Assembly (NCBI GenBank): GCA_963848295.1
Contig: CAWKDB010000010.1
Coordinates: 1,600,001-1,664,000, forward strand
Source of the DNA: an uncultured delta proteobacterium
Lineage (GTDB): Bacteria > Myxococcota_A > Polyangia > Haliangiales > Haliangiaceae
Direction: 5' to 3'
DNA length: 64,000 bases
Shown: positions 20,232 through 30,421 of the stretch, piece after piece
How the letters are laid out: each line of letters opens with the position of its first letter
How positions within the stretch are numbered: position 1 is the first letter of the stretch
Position numbers and translations under genes: made by a program
Notes under the pieces: generated by a model
Told to the model about the DNA's origin: nothing
The model's database searches: none
What the model saw: only the letters and a program-made list of their open reading frames with translations

Positions 20232-21557
20232 ATGCGTGCCGCCGTGCTGCTCTGCATCCTCTCGGCCTGTCACCCCCAGACCATGTCGGCCCAGCCCGAT
20301 GCCCACCCGGGCGACGGCTCGAATGCGGATGCGACGCCGGCTGTAGGATTTGTCCACGTCGGCAGTGGGGCGATCGTGGACGGGGCCGACGCGCCGCTCC
20401 GTCTCCGATGCGTCAACCTGGGAGGCTGGCTCGAGCCGGAAGGCTATCTCTTCGGTACGGCGCTGCTCGGGCTGGTCCGGAGCCCGAGCGAGATCCGCGC
20501 GAACCTCGTGACGCTCGTCGGTCAAACCGCGGCGGATGCGTTCTGGCAGCAATGGGAGGCGGCGTATGTCACCGAGGCCGACTTCATGCGGATCGCGGCG
20601 CTCGGGTTCAATTGTGTGAGGCTTCCGGTCAATGCCAAACGGATCGCGAGCGTCGCCGGGACGACCGTCGCGCTCGACAGCGTCGAGCTCGCGCCAGTCG
20701 ATCACGCGGTCGCCTGGGGGGCCGCGCATGGCGTCTATGTCGTGCTCGATCTACACGCGACGTTCGGCGCTCAGAACTTCGCGCCGACGAGCAGCGATGT
20801 GCCGAGCACCGATACGTTTCCGCAGCTGTGGGTCGGTCCCAACGGCGAGTATCCGAGCGACGTCGCCGCGGCGAACCAGGCGCTGACCGTCCAGCTATGG
20901 AGCCTGCTCGCGACGCGCTATGCCGACGCGACCTCGATCGCGGGCTTCGATCTCTTGAACGAGCCCGAGCTGAACCACATGGGCAAGCCGAGCCAGAGCC
21001 CGGTGCCACAGACCGACCTGATCGCGTTCTATCAAGCGGTGATCTCCGCGATCCGCACGGTCGATCCGCACCACATGCTCTTCGTCGAAGGCGATGCGCT
21101 CGCGACCGACTTCACGCCATTCACGGCCGCTCTCGATCCGAACTCGACGTACGAGCTCCACGCGTACCAGACGGCCACGGCCTGGGTAGACCCGACCGCG
21201 ACGCCGTCGCAGCTGGATCCGTACGTCGCGCTGTCGACCGCGCAACATCTGCCGCTGTGGCTGGGCGAGTTCGGCGAGAACACGGCGGCGTGGCAACAGG
21301 AGATGGTGGCGCTCGTCGAGGCACACGACACCGGCTGGGCGGTGTGGCCGTGGAAGCGCCGCGAGACGTTCGCGACGCATCCCGTGGTCGAGACGATCGT
21401 GCTCCCGGCGACGTGGGAGCCCGTGTTCGACTATCTGGTCGGCTCGACCTCGACGGCGCCGGCGAACCCCGCGCAGGCGATGACCGACCTACTCGCAGCA
21501 CTCCCGCTCGCCAGTTGCACCGAAGACGCGTCGTTCGCGGCTACGCTGGTCCAATGA
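20232..21557 (+). CDS. GH5 glycoside hydrolase, lipoprotein
   Basis: Lipobox 'LSAC'; 'VNLGGWL', 'GFNCVRLP', 'VLDLHA', 'DLLNEP', 'WLGEFG'. Confidence 0.9.
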   Translation: MRAAVLLCILSACHPQTMSAQPDAHPGDGSNADATPAVGFVHVGSGAIVDGADAPLRLRCVNLGGWLEPEGYLFGTALLGLVRSPSEIRANLVTLVGQTAADAFWQQWEAAYVTEADFMRIAALGFNCVRLPVNAKRIASVAGTTVALDSVELAPVDHAVAWGAAHGVYVVLDLHATFGAQNFAPTSSDVPSTDTFPQLWVGPNGEYPSDVAAANQALTVQLWSLLATRYADATSIAGFDLLNEPELNHMGKPSQSPVPQTDLIAFYQAVISAIRTVDPHHMLFVEGDALATDFTPFTAALDPNSTYELHAYQTATAWVDPTATPSQLDPYVALSTAQHLPLWLGEFGENTAAWQQEMVALVEAHDTGWAVWPWKRRETFATHPVVETIVLPATWEPVFDYLVGSTSTAPANPAQAMTDLLAALPLASCTEDASFAATLVQ

Positions 21558-23929
21558 CCTCCGATCGGCTTGCCTGGCGTTTGCGAACCGCGGCGTTCGC
21601 CTGTCTGGCGCTCGCGGCGTGCATCACGGACGGACTCGTGCCGTGCGGCGACGAGCTCTGCCCGATCGGCTCGGTGTGCCTGGAGGGCCTATGCACGACG
21701 AGCGATCAGGCGACCGCGTGTGTTGGCGAGCCCGAAGGGGCGACGTGCTCGACGCCCACGACCACCGGGTACTGCGTCTCCGGAGGTTGTCGCGCGTCGG
21801 TGTGCGGCGACGGCAAGCTCGAGTACGGCGAGGTATGCGACGACGGCAACCAGACCTCCGGCGACGGTTGCTCGGCGCGGTGCGACTCCAACGAGACGTG
21901 CGGAAACAACGTCGTCGACTATGCGGTCGGCGAGCAATGCGACGACGGCAGCTACGGGCTGTCCGGAGATGGCTGCTCGTCGACTTGCAAGCTCGAGCTC
22001 GCGGTGTGGCGCGAGCAGTCCCCGCTCGCGTCGCCGTACGCGCGTGCGAGTCAGGGGATGGCGTACGACAGCGTGCGCGATCGCGTCGTCGTGTTCGGCG
22101 GCGTGCGCGGCGTGACCGGCCAGAACGATACGTGGGAGTGGGACGGGCTCAACTGGATCTTGCGCACGCCGCCGACCTCGCCCAGCCCGCGCGCATCGCC
22201 GGCGACGGCGTACGACTCGGTGCATCATCGCACCGTCATCTTCGGTGGCGAGTTCGGCCCGACGCTGTACAACGACACCTGGCTGTGGGACGGAACGACG
22301 TGGACGCAGGCCGCGACCTCGACCGCGCCATCGCCGCGCACCGACACCGCGGTCGCGTTCGACAAAGCGCGCGGCAGGCTCGTGCTGTTCGGCGGCCGAG
22401 ACAGCAGCGGCATCGTCGGCGACCTCTGGGAGTGGGATGGCGCGGCCTGGCGACAGATCGCGTTCACCGGCGGGCCCCCGGCGCGTCATCTCCACGTGCT
22501 CGCGTACGACGAGGTCCGCGCACGAGTCGTGCTCGTCGGCGGAACGGACGGCACGACCAACTTCACCGACACCTGGGAATGGGATGGCACGACGTGGACG
22601 CAACGCACGCCGGCCACGACCATGCCTGCGGTTCGCATCGCCGCCAGCGCGACCTATGACTCGGATCGCCACGTCGTGGTCGTGTACAGCGGAACGTCGG
22701 GGTCGACGATGCCGCCCGACACCGACACGTGGGAGTGGAGCGGCACCGACTGGGCTCGTCGCACCGCGACCGCCCCGAAACCGCCTGCCGTGTTACTCGG
22801 CGGCGCGGCGTTCGATGCCGTCGCACATGCCACGATCATCTTCGGCGGAAGCACCGCGATCGCCGATAACGCCGAGACGTGGGCGTTGAACGCCAGCGGG
22901 TGGCAAGAGCTCGATCACGCGTCGCCGTTGCCGCGAATCAACGCCGGATTCGTCGACGAGCCGACGCGCGGGTTCGTGCTGATGTTCGGCGGTCTGGACG
23001 GGCTGACTGCGCTGAACGACACCTGGGAATGGGATGGCACGAACTGGCTCCAGCGGGTGCCGGCGACATCGCCCTCGCCGCGCAGGCACGTCTCGCTCGC
23101 GTACGATGCGTCGCGCGATCGCGTCGTGATGTTCGGTGGCCTACAAAACTCGACTGCGCTCGGCGACACCTGGCAATGGGACGGCAGCGTGTGGACGCAG
23201 CTGACCGTGGCCGCGTCACCGTCGCCGCGTGCCGGGCATCGGCTCGTCTACGACGCAGCGCACGAGCGCACGATCCTCTTCGGCGGCACCGACGCCACGA
23301 ACACCGTGCTCGCCGACACGTGGATGTTCGATGGCACGACGTGGACACAGCTGACGCCGGCGCACAGCCCACCGCCGACCACGGAGTTCTCGTTCACGTA
23401 CGATCCCGATCGGCAGGTCGCCGTGCTGTGGAAGGATCCGACGACCGGCATCTGGCTGTGGGATGGAACCGACTGGACCGAGCACGACAACTCGAATCTG
23501 CCCTCGGACGCGGTCCTCGCGTATCACGCGAAGCGCCACAGCATGATCGCGTTCGGTGGCGACACCCCGGGCGCGACGCTCGTCGGCGAGACCTGGGAAT
23601 CGTTCGACGACACGACGTGGACGCTCCAGACCCCGGCGGCGTCGCCACCCGAACGCGTCGATCACGGGTTGGCGTACGACGCCGCACGCGGTCAGCTCTT
23701 GCTGTACGGAGGATTCACGTCGCAGGAAACCGAGGTCGGGGATACGTGGACCTATGGCCTCGAGTCCGGCACGCCGCCGGACCAGTGTGAGGGCGTCGAC
23801 ACCGATGGCGATGGCCTTGTCGGCTGCGCCGATCCCGACTGCGCCGCGCGGTGCGCGTACTGCGGCGATGGGACGTGCGAGCTCGTCGAAGACTATCTGC
23901 TGTGTCCGATCGACTGTGCGCCGCCCTAG
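21554..23929 (+). CDS. Lipoprotein with myxobacterial Cys-rich repeats and 12 Kelch-like repeats
   Basis: Lipobox 'LAAC'; '[18 protein letters not shown]'; twelve 'FGG...DTWEWDG..W'-type repeats; C-terminal '[15 protein letters not shown]'. ATGA overlap with the GH5 gene. Confidence 0.85.
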   Translation: MTSDRLAWRLRTAAFACLALAACITDGLVPCGDELCPIGSVCLEGLCTTSDQATACVGEPEGATCSTPTTTGYCVSGGCRASVCGDGKLEYGEVCDDGNQTSGDGCSARCDSNETCGNNVVDYAVGEQCDDGSYGLSGDGCSSTCKLELAVWREQSPLASPYARASQGMAYDSVRDRVVVFGGVRGVTGQNDTWEWDGLNWILRTPPTSPSPRASPATAYDSVHHRTVIFGGEFGPTLYNDTWLWDGTTWTQAATSTAPSPRTDTAVAFDKARGRLVLFGGRDSSGIVGDLWEWDGAAWRQIAFTGGPPARHLHVLAYDEVRARVVLVGGTDGTTNFTDTWEWDGTTWTQRTPATTMPAVRIAASATYDSDRHVVVVYSGTSGSTMPPDTDTWEWSGTDWARRTATAPKPPAVLLGGAAFDAVAHATIIFGGSTAIADNAETWALNASGWQELDHASPLPRINAGFVDEPTRGFVLMFGGLDGLTALNDTWEWDGTNWLQRVPATSPSPRRHVSLAYDASRDRVVMFGGLQNSTALGDTWQWDGSVWTQLTVAASPSPRAGHRLVYDAAHERTILFGGTDATNTVLADTWMFDGTTWTQLTPAHSPPPTTEFSFTYDPDRQVAVLWKDPTTGIWLWDGTDWTEHDNSNLPSDAVLAYHAKRHSMIAFGGDTPGATLVGETWESFDDTTWTLQTPAASPPERVDHGLAYDAARGQLLLYGGFTSQETEVGDTWTYGLESGTPPDQCEGVDTDGDGLVGCADPDCAARCAYCGDGTCELVEDYLLCPIDCAPP

Positions 23930-23984
23930 CGGCCGCGACGCCGACTCGACCCGGCCTCGATGTAGGATCTTGCGACTGGTTCTT

Positions 23985-24000
23985 TGGCATGCGGCCTGCT
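23985..24000 (+). promoter_or_regulatory. Putative sigma54 -24/-12 promoter
   Basis: TGGCATGCGGCCTGCT, with 13 nt between the GC and ATG 24013. Confidence 0.6.
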
Positions 24001-24012
24001 TTACCAAACCCG

Positions 24013-25230
24013 ATGAGCCCGAGGTCGTTCATCCTGGCTGCCCTGCTCGGATGCGGGCACCCGGGCGCCGGTTCCCCCGACACCCCGGCGGCCGACACCC
24101 CGGCGGCCGACACGCGGAGCAGCGACGCCGGCCTCACGACGCTGGACTGCGTCGCGAACGATCCCGCGTGTCCGGAGCTCGCGATCATGGGCGACTCGCC
24201 GTCGGGCGAAGCGTTCACCGGCTTCGCCGATCCGACGATCCGGCGTGACGGGGCTCGACTGTGGCTCGCCTACTCGTCCGCTCACACCACGCCGGCCGAC
24301 GTGATCGACGTCCGCCTCGCGCACAGCGACGACGAGGGGGCGACCTGGCAGTTCGACACCGTGCTGTGGCCCACCGTGCAGGTCACGAATCCGATCACGA
24401 ACACCGCGAACTATACGTCGAGCGAGGTCGCGAACCTCGCGACCGACGGCGCCGGGACCTGGTACGGCATCCGCGCGACGTACCTGGTCGATCCGGCGAA
24501 GGCGCAGTACGCGCAACCCGGGACCAGCGGGATGACGATCACGACGGCTTCTTCGCCGTCGGGGCTCGCGACCGCGCCGTCGGCGCTGCTCGGCAGCACG
24601 TTGACCAACGCGAAGATGAACCCCGCCGTCGATCTCCACGCGCTGTCGCCCGCTCTCGCCCACTGCGATCTGTTCAACGAGCCCGCGCTGATCGTACGCG
24701 GTGGCACGCTCTATCTGCTCGCGCAGTGCCTGTCGTACAACGGCCTGACGTACGATCCGAGCAGCGACTTCTACGCCGTGTTCGCGACGCAGCCGAGCGG
24801 CGCACCGGCCACCTGGACCTGGCGCTACGCCGGCGCGTTCGGCACGCACGCAGACGCCGAGGCGCTCGACGGGCATACGTACTGGGTGCAGCTCGATATC
24901 GCGACCGCGCTCGACGGCACGCTGCTCGCGATCGTGACTCCCAGCGAGTTCGACACCGCGGATGTCGTCGACATCCACTTCGGCTGCCGCGCGATCGAGC
25001 TCGCCGCGCTCGATCCTCCGGTGCTCGCCCGCGATGCCACGGGTGCGCCGGTCCTGCGCGCGTCGGTCACCGCGTCGGATCTCGCGCAACCGGACGGCTA
25101 CGGCCCGGGAGCATGCAGCTACGATCCGAGCTCGACTACCGGCATCCTGCTCGTGCGTCGCACCGGCCTCGTGATCGGCGAGAGCATCGGTGTGTTCACG
25201 CTGCACCGCACGGGTGTCCTCGCGCCGTGA
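24013..25230 (+). CDS. Lipoprotein, probable beta-propeller (Asp-box/sialidase-like)
   Basis: Lipobox 'LLGC'; 'FADPTI'; Asp-box 'SDDEGATW'; 'NEPAL'. Confidence 0.6.
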   Translation: MSPRSFILAALLGCGHPGAGSPDTPAADTPAADTRSSDAGLTTLDCVANDPACPELAIMGDSPSGEAFTGFADPTIRRDGARLWLAYSSAHTTPADVIDVRLAHSDDEGATWQFDTVLWPTVQVTNPITNTANYTSSEVANLATDGAGTWYGIRATYLVDPAKAQYAQPGTSGMTITTASSPSGLATAPSALLGSTLTNAKMNPAVDLHALSPALAHCDLFNEPALIVRGGTLYLLAQCLSYNGLTYDPSSDFYAVFATQPSGAPATWTWRYAGAFGTHADAEALDGHTYWVQLDIATALDGTLLAIVTPSEFDTADVVDIHFGCRAIELAALDPPVLARDATGAPVLRASVTASDLAQPDGYGPGACSYDPSSTTGILLVRRTGLVIGESIGVFTLHRTGVLAP

Positions 25231-25305
25231 GCGCGTGTCTCGATTTCCACCACAGCACTGAGGTTCGAGCCGGGCGATGTCGCAGCGGTCGAGTAAGCTG
25301 GCCGC

Positions 25306-28300
25306 GTGTCCCTCGTCCAGGCTCTGACCACCGCACAGCTGCGCGCGCGCGCCGGCCGCGGGTTCGAGCGCGGCGAGCGCTATTGGCGGCAAGGCCGAGT
25401 CAGCTCGTATGTCTCGCGCCCGGATCTCGTCACCGGGATCGTTCATGGCAGCGAGGCCTACCACGTGCGGTTGCTCGCGCGCGGCAAGCAGCTCGAGGCG
25501 GACTGCACGTGCCCGGTCGGCGTGCGCGGTGAGATGTGCAAGCACGCGGTCGCGCTCGCGCTCCACCATCTCGCGGTTGGCGGAGCCGCGAATCGCGTCG
25601 TGGCCGCCACCGCGAGCGCCTTCGCGACCCGCGCCGAGCTCGACGCCTGGGCGAGCGCGCATCGCGTCGAGTTCGAGCTCGACGTCACCGCCGAGGTGAT
25701 CGCGCCCGAGCTCGAGCCATTCCATGCGAGCGCGTGGCACCTGCGGCGCGAGCTCGCGCTCGTCCGGTTGCGCGACGTCGGATCGATCGAAGGTACGAGC
25801 CGGATGTTCGGCGACGCGGCGTTGTGCCAGCGCGCCGCGGAGGTCGTGGCGCATCGGCTCGAGCAGACCGCCGCCGACATCGCGACCGGCATCGCCGAGG
25901 AGCGCGAGCGTGCATCGACGTCGGGGGCTCGCCCCCCGACATCAGCATCGCCGGATGGCGCTGCGGTTAGATCGACCGGTGATGCGCTGCGGACGGCGCT
26001 CGTCGAGTTGCGCCGCCGCCTGCGCGCGAAGGCCGTGCCGCGATCGCGAGCCGCGCGCGCGACCGGTGCGTGGAGCTTCGACCGCGAAGGGCTCGCGATC
26101 GAATGGCGCGAGCCGATCAAGCTGCGCGGTCCGAGCTACACGATCGTGCCGGTCGTCGCGCGGCTCCGGCTCGAGCCGACCCCGGCCACGGCATGCGCGT
26201 GCCGGCTGCCGGCATGTACGCACGCGATCGCGCTGATCGACGCGACGCTCGATCGCCTCGAGGCGGACGATCCCGCGGCGCGCGAGGCCGCGCTCGAGCT
26301 CGGCCGTCCGCCGTGGCAGCGCGCGCTCGCCGCGCTTGCCGCCGACGAGGCGACCACGAAGCCGCTGGCTCGCGTCGAAGTATGGTGGGAGATCGATCAA
26401 GAGCTCGGCAACCTCGCGGTCACACCCGTCGTCAAGCGCGAGCTCAAGAAGGGTGGGATGTCGGCGGGCACTCGGATCAGCGCGGTGCGCCTGCTGCGCG
26501 ACCACGGCACCACGCTGTCCGATCGCGACCGCGAGATCGCGGCCCACATCGACAGTTGGCGGGCCGGACCCGCGACGAGCTATCCGGTCGGTGCCTTCGC
26601 GGCGTTGATCGGCCACCCGCGCGTGATGTTCGCCGGCGATCCGATCGCGGTGCGCCGGTGCCCGCTCGGCTTCACCGCCGTCGATCTAACCGCATCGCCA
26701 TCCGGCGATGCTGCCGTCCGGGGGCAAGCCCCGGCCGGCGTGGCCGGCGGCGACATCCGGCTCGAGCCCTCGGTCGATGGCGCACGATTCTCGCCGCGCC
26801 TGCTCGCGCCGCTGCTCGAGACGTTTCCGCCGAACGAGCCGTTGATCGTGCTCGAGCCCGAGCACGGGCGGTGCACGATGATCGACGTCGGGGAGCACGC
26901 GCGCCGCGTGTGGGCGGTCCTGGCGCGCCACGGCGATACGTTCCCGCCCGAGGCACACGCGCAGTTGTTCGACCGCCTCGCGAAGCTCGAGCACAAGCTG
27001 CCGGTCGGCGTGCCGACGTCGTTGCTCGGCGACGAGATCTTCGAGCCGACGACCGTCGTGCTCCGGTTGAGACTGCAACCCGATACCTCGCTCGAGCTCG
27101 AGCCGTTCGTCCGCGCTGCCGACGGCGCGCCGCTCTATCCTGCCGGCGTCGGCCCGCGCGACGTCATGATCGCACGCGACGGCAAGCGCAGCTACGTCCG
27201 CCGCGAGCTCGGGATCGAACGGGCGAAGGTCGACGCCGCGCTCGCCGCGTTGCCGCTCGCGACCGCTGAAGCGGGCCCGCCGAACTGCTACCGGATCGAG
27301 GAGCCGGACGCGGCGCTCACCGTGGTCGCCGCGGTGCAGACGCTCCCGGCTGGCGTCGTCGCGGAGTGGGTCGACGCGCGCGCCCGGATCGTGGCATCCG
27401 CGGGCTTGCCGCAGTTGCGCGTCGCGATCGAGGCGAAGCGCGATTGGTTCGGGATGACCGGCGGCGTCACGGTCGAAGCCGGCCGGATCGAGCTCGCGGT
27501 GTTGCTCGATGCAGCCCGCCGGCAGCAGCGGTTCGTCCGGCTCGACGAGCACCGCTGGGTCGAGCTCGCGGCGGCGTTGCGCACGCGGCTCGGCGAGCTC
27601 GCGGACCGCACGTTCGAGGCGACCGGTGGGCAGCTCGAGGTTTCGGTCGCGGCGGTGCCGGCGGTGCGCGCGCTCGCCGACGAAGGCGCGCAGGTCGACT
27701 CGGCCGCCACGTGGCAGCAGCTCGCGACCAAGCTGGCCGCGGCGACGAAGCTGCGCCCTCGCCCGCCGAAGGCGCTGAACGCGACGCTGCGGCCGTATCA
27801 GATCGAAGGTCACGCGTGGCTGTCGCGGCTCGCCGCATGGGGCGCCGGCGCGTGCCTCGCCGATGACATGGGCCTGGGCAAGACCGTGCAGGCGATCGCG
27901 CTGCTCGTCGACCGCGCGGCCGCAGGCCCTGCGCTCGTGCTCGCACCGACCTCGGTCAGCTTGAACTGGCTCGACGAGCTGCGCCGGTTCGCGCCGACGC
28001 TGAACCCGATCGTCTACGGCGAGGCGAGCGACCGGATCGCGACGCTCGCGACGCTCGGCAAGCACGACGTGTTGATCGCGAGCTACGGCCTGATGACCCG
28101 CGACATCGAGCCGCTCGCTCGCATCAAGTTCGCGACGCTGGTCGCCGACGAGGCCCAGGCGCTGAAGAACCCGCGGACCGAGCGCTCCCGGGCGGCGCGC
28201 GCGATCGATGCCGAGTTCCGCGTCGCGCTGTCCGGCACGCCGCTCGAGAATCATCTCGGCGAGCTGTGGTCGCTGTTCTCGATCGCGTTTCCCGGCTTGC

Positions 28301-29172
28301 TCGGGAGCTGGGAGCAGTTTCGCTCGCGGTTCGCCGTGCCGATCGAGCGCAACAACAACCCCGAGGCGCGCGCCGCGCTCGCGCACTTGATCCGCCCGTT
28401 CCTGCTCCGCCGCACGAAGGCCGAGGTCGCGCCCGACCTGCCGCCGCGCACCGAGATCGGCGTGCCGATCGCGCTGTCGACCGAGGAGCGAGAGCTGTAC
28501 GAAGATGCTCGGCTCGCCGCGGTCGCCCACCTCGACAAGCTCGCGAAGCGAGGTGACCGCGACGAACGCCGCCGGTTCCAAGTGCTCGCGGCGTTGACTC
28601 GCCTGCGGCTGCTCGCGTCGCATCCGAAGCTCTACGACGCGACGTCGGCGGTGAGCTCGTCGAAGATGCAGCGCTTGCTCGAGCTCGTCGAGGAGCTGCG
28701 CGCCGAAGGCCATCGCACGCTCGTGTTCAGCCAGTTCACGTCACACCTCGCGCTCGTGCGCGAAGAGCTCGAACGCGCAGGCGTCTCGGTGCTGTACCTC
28801 GATGGCGCGACCCCCACGGCGACGCGCCGCACGTTGATCGAGCGGTTCCAGGCGGGCGAGGCGACCGCGTTCCTGATCTCGCTCAAGGCCGGCGGCACCG
28901 GCATCAACTTGACCGGCGCGGACAACGTGATCCATCTCGATCCTTGGTGGAATCCCGCGGTCGAGGATCAAGCGACCGATCGCGCGCATCGCATCGGCCA
29001 GGACAAGCCGGTCACGGTCTATCGGCTGATCGCCCGTGGCACGGTCGAGGAGAAGATCCTCGCGATGCACGCGACGAAGCGCGCCCTCGTCGCCGGCGTG
29101 CTCGCAGGCACCGATGCCGCCGCACGGCTCACGACCGGCGACCTCGTCGACCTGATCGCGGCGCGAGCGTAG
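25306..29172 (+). CDS. SWIM zinc-finger and SNF2-family helicase
   Basis: SWIM motifs 'CTCP..MCKH' and 'CACRLPACTH'; 'LADDMGLGKT', 'DEAQ', 'SGTPLEN', 'VFSQF', 'DPWWNPAVEDQATDRAHRIGQ'. Confidence 0.95.
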   Translation: MSLVQALTTAQLRARAGRGFERGERYWRQGRVSSYVSRPDLVTGIVHGSEAYHVRLLARGKQLEADCTCPVGVRGEMCKHAVALALHHLAVGGAANRVVAATASAFATRAELDAWASAHRVEFELDVTAEVIAPELEPFHASAWHLRRELALVRLRDVGSIEGTSRMFGDAALCQRAAEVVAHRLEQTAADIATGIAEERERASTSGARPPTSASPDGAAVRSTGDALRTALVELRRRLRAKAVPRSRAARATGAWSFDREGLAIEWREPIKLRGPSYTIVPVVARLRLEPTPATACACRLPACTHAIALIDATLDRLEADDPAAREAALELGRPPWQRALAALAADEATTKPLARVEVWWEIDQELGNLAVTPVVKRELKKGGMSAGTRISAVRLLRDHGTTLSDRDREIAAHIDSWRAGPATSYPVGAFAALIGHPRVMFAGDPIAVRRCPLGFTAVDLTASPSGDAAVRGQAPAGVAGGDIRLEPSVDGARFSPRLLAPLLETFPPNEPLIVLEPEHGRCTMIDVGEHARRVWAVLARHGDTFPPEAHAQLFDRLAKLEHKLPVGVPTSLLGDEIFEPTTVVLRLRLQPDTSLELEPFVRAADGAPLYPAGVGPRDVMIARDGKRSYVRRELGIERAKVDAALAALPLATAEAGPPNCYRIEEPDAALTVVAAVQTLPAGVVAEWVDARARIVASAGLPQLRVAIEAKRDWFGMTGGVTVEAGRIELAVLLDAARRQQRFVRLDEHRWVELAAALRTRLGELADRTFEATGGQLEVSVAAVPAVRALADEGAQVDSAATWQQLATKLAAATKLRPRPPKALNATLRPYQIEGHAWLSRLAAWGAGACLADDMGLGKTVQAIALLVDRAAAGPALVLAPTSVSLNWLDELRRFAPTLNPIVYGEASDRIATLATLGKHDVLIASYGLMTRDIEPLARIKFATLVADEAQALKNPRTERSRAARAIDAEFRVALSGTPLENHLGELWSLFSIAFPGLLGSWEQFRSRFAVPIERNNNPEARAALAHLIRPFLLRRTKAEVAPDLPPRTEIGVPIALSTEERELYEDARLAAVAHLDKLAKRGDRDERRRFQVLAALTRLRLLASHPKLYDATSAVSSSKMQRLLELVEELRAEGHRTLVFSQFTSHLALVREELERAGVSVLYLDGATPTATRRTLIERFQAGEATAFLISLKAGGTGINLTGADNVIHLDPWWNPAVEDQATDRAHRIGQDKPVTVYRLIARGTVEEKILAMHATKRALVAGVLAGTDAAARLTTGDLVDLIAARA
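25920..25976 (-). repeat. 57-bp palindromic repeat, copy A (reverse orientation, in frame within the SNF2 gene)
   Basis: Reverse complement matches copy B at 50/57 nt without gaps (hand alignment). Confidence 0.85.
26680..26736 (+). repeat. 57-bp palindromic repeat, copy B (in frame within the SNF2 gene)
   Basis: gtcgatctaaccGCATCGCCatccGGCGATGCtgccgtCCGGGGgcaagCCCCGGcc forms two hairpins and encodes VDLTASPSGDAAVRGQAPA. Confidence 0.85.
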
Positions 29173-29185
29173 TGCGCGCGCTCGG

Positions 29186-30421
29186 TCAATCCGCGTCAGC
29201 GCCAAGCGCTGCTCCCGAGACGACGCCCGCGTCCTCACTTGCGCTGAGCGACGTTCGGACTCCAGGGAGCGAAGCTCGGCCTGTGACCGATGCGGTTGGA
29301 TCGATGATCGCGAGCACGCGGGCGGCCGGCACGCGACGAGTGAACGGCACGACCGGCGCACCGGCGGGTAACTGCATGGCATCCGCGGCGCGGCTCGCGT
29401 CGATGCAGAGGATCACGCGCACGTTCGCCGCGGCGTAGAGCTCGAGCTTGCGAGCGAGATAATTCGGCGTCCAGAACCCGACGATCTCGATCGACCAGCG
29501 CGTGTCATCGCGCTCGAGCACGAGATCGGGAAACGCAAACGAGCTCGCGACCGCGATCGGCGGTGGCTCGCTCACCACGGTCCACTGCGGCGCGTGCTTC
29601 GCGAGATCGGCGGCGAGTCGCTGCTCGACCGCGCGCCGCACTCCGCCCCTTGCATCGTAGCCCGGCAGCATGATCGGCGGCGCGATCCGGACGATCGTGG
29701 GGCTCGGCGACGGCGGAAGGTCGCAGCGCGCGATCAGCTCGAACGACTCGCAAGCGGCGAGCGCGGGGACGAGCGAGCCGAGCGCGCGGCCATACACCGC
29801 GGTGCGATGAAACAGCGCCAGTGGTCCCGACACGACGACCTCGACCATGTCGCCGCTCGCATGCGCACTCGCGATCAGACCGCGCCTGATCGCGCCGCGG
29901 ACGAGCGACCGCGAGCCGTCCGGCACGCGCAAGCGGAGCTCGTGACAGCGCAGCAGACAGCGTTGGATGATCGCGAGGTTCGCAGCGGCCGCGACGGCGA
30001 GCTCCGAGGGCCGCCCGAGCGGCAGCGAGATCGTACGCTCGTCCCACAAGTCGGCCCACATCAGCTGCTCGAAGTCCGCGTCCGACACGACGAGCTGCTC
30101 GGCTGCCGCCCGGATCCGGGTCGCGCGCTCGCGTTCGTCGAGCGCGAGCCGGCCGAGCAGGCGACTACGCATCTCGGGGGAGACCAGATCGTGGTGCACG
30201 CGGCCTCCGAGCAGCCGGCGCAGCGCGTGGACGATCGCGGCACGGCGCGCCGGCGAGCCGACCACCGGGATCGCGGCGATCGACTCGATCCATTCGCGCC
30301 ACGGCCGGCCGACCGCGCCGACAAATGCGTCCACGAGCTCGGCGATCCACGGCACGTCGGTGTCGTCGAGCAACTCGAGCGTCGCATCGCCGCCGTGATG
30401 GCGAACCGGCAGCGACCTCAC
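29186..30421 (-). CDS. DUF790 / Bax1-like PD-(D/E)xK endonuclease
   Basis: 'SGPLALFHRTAVYGRAL' and 'FPDLVL...IEIVGFWTPNYLARKL'. Overlaps the upstream helicase stop (GTGA). Confidence 0.85.
   Translation of the reverse strand: MRSLPVRHHGGDATLELLDDTDVPWIAELVDAFVGAVGRPWREWIESIAAIPVVGSPARRAAIVHALRRLLGGRVHHDLVSPEMRSRLLGRLALDERERATRIRAAAEQLVVSDADFEQLMWADLWDERTISLPLGRPSELAVAAAANLAIIQRCLLRCHELRLRVPDGSRSLVRGAIRRGLIASAHASGDMVEVVVSGPLALFHRTAVYGRALGSLVPALAACESFELIARCDLPPSPSPTIVRIAPPIMLPGYDARGGVRRAVEQRLAADLAKHAPQWTVVSEPPPIAVASSFAFPDLVLERDDTRWSIEIVGFWTPNYLARKLELYAAANVRVILCIDASRAADAMQLPAGAPVVPFTRRVPAARVLAIIDPTASVTGRASLPGVRTSLSASEDAGVVSGAALGADAD

Noticed and set aside
20408..21553. N-terminal 382 codons of the 1173-aa ORF, suggesting a giant protein
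   Set aside because: This part overlaps the GH5 gene in another frame. The real start is ATG 21554, followed by a signal peptide and lipobox.
22030..23760. Regularly spaced similar DNA motifs (gacacctgggaatgggatggcac) that could look like a CRISPR array
   Set aside because: They are coding Kelch-like repeats with a period of about 150 nt and synonymous variation. No cas genes are present.
24079..24113. 15-bp tandem repeat encoding DTPAA twice
   Set aside because: Ordinary slippage in a lipoprotein linker.
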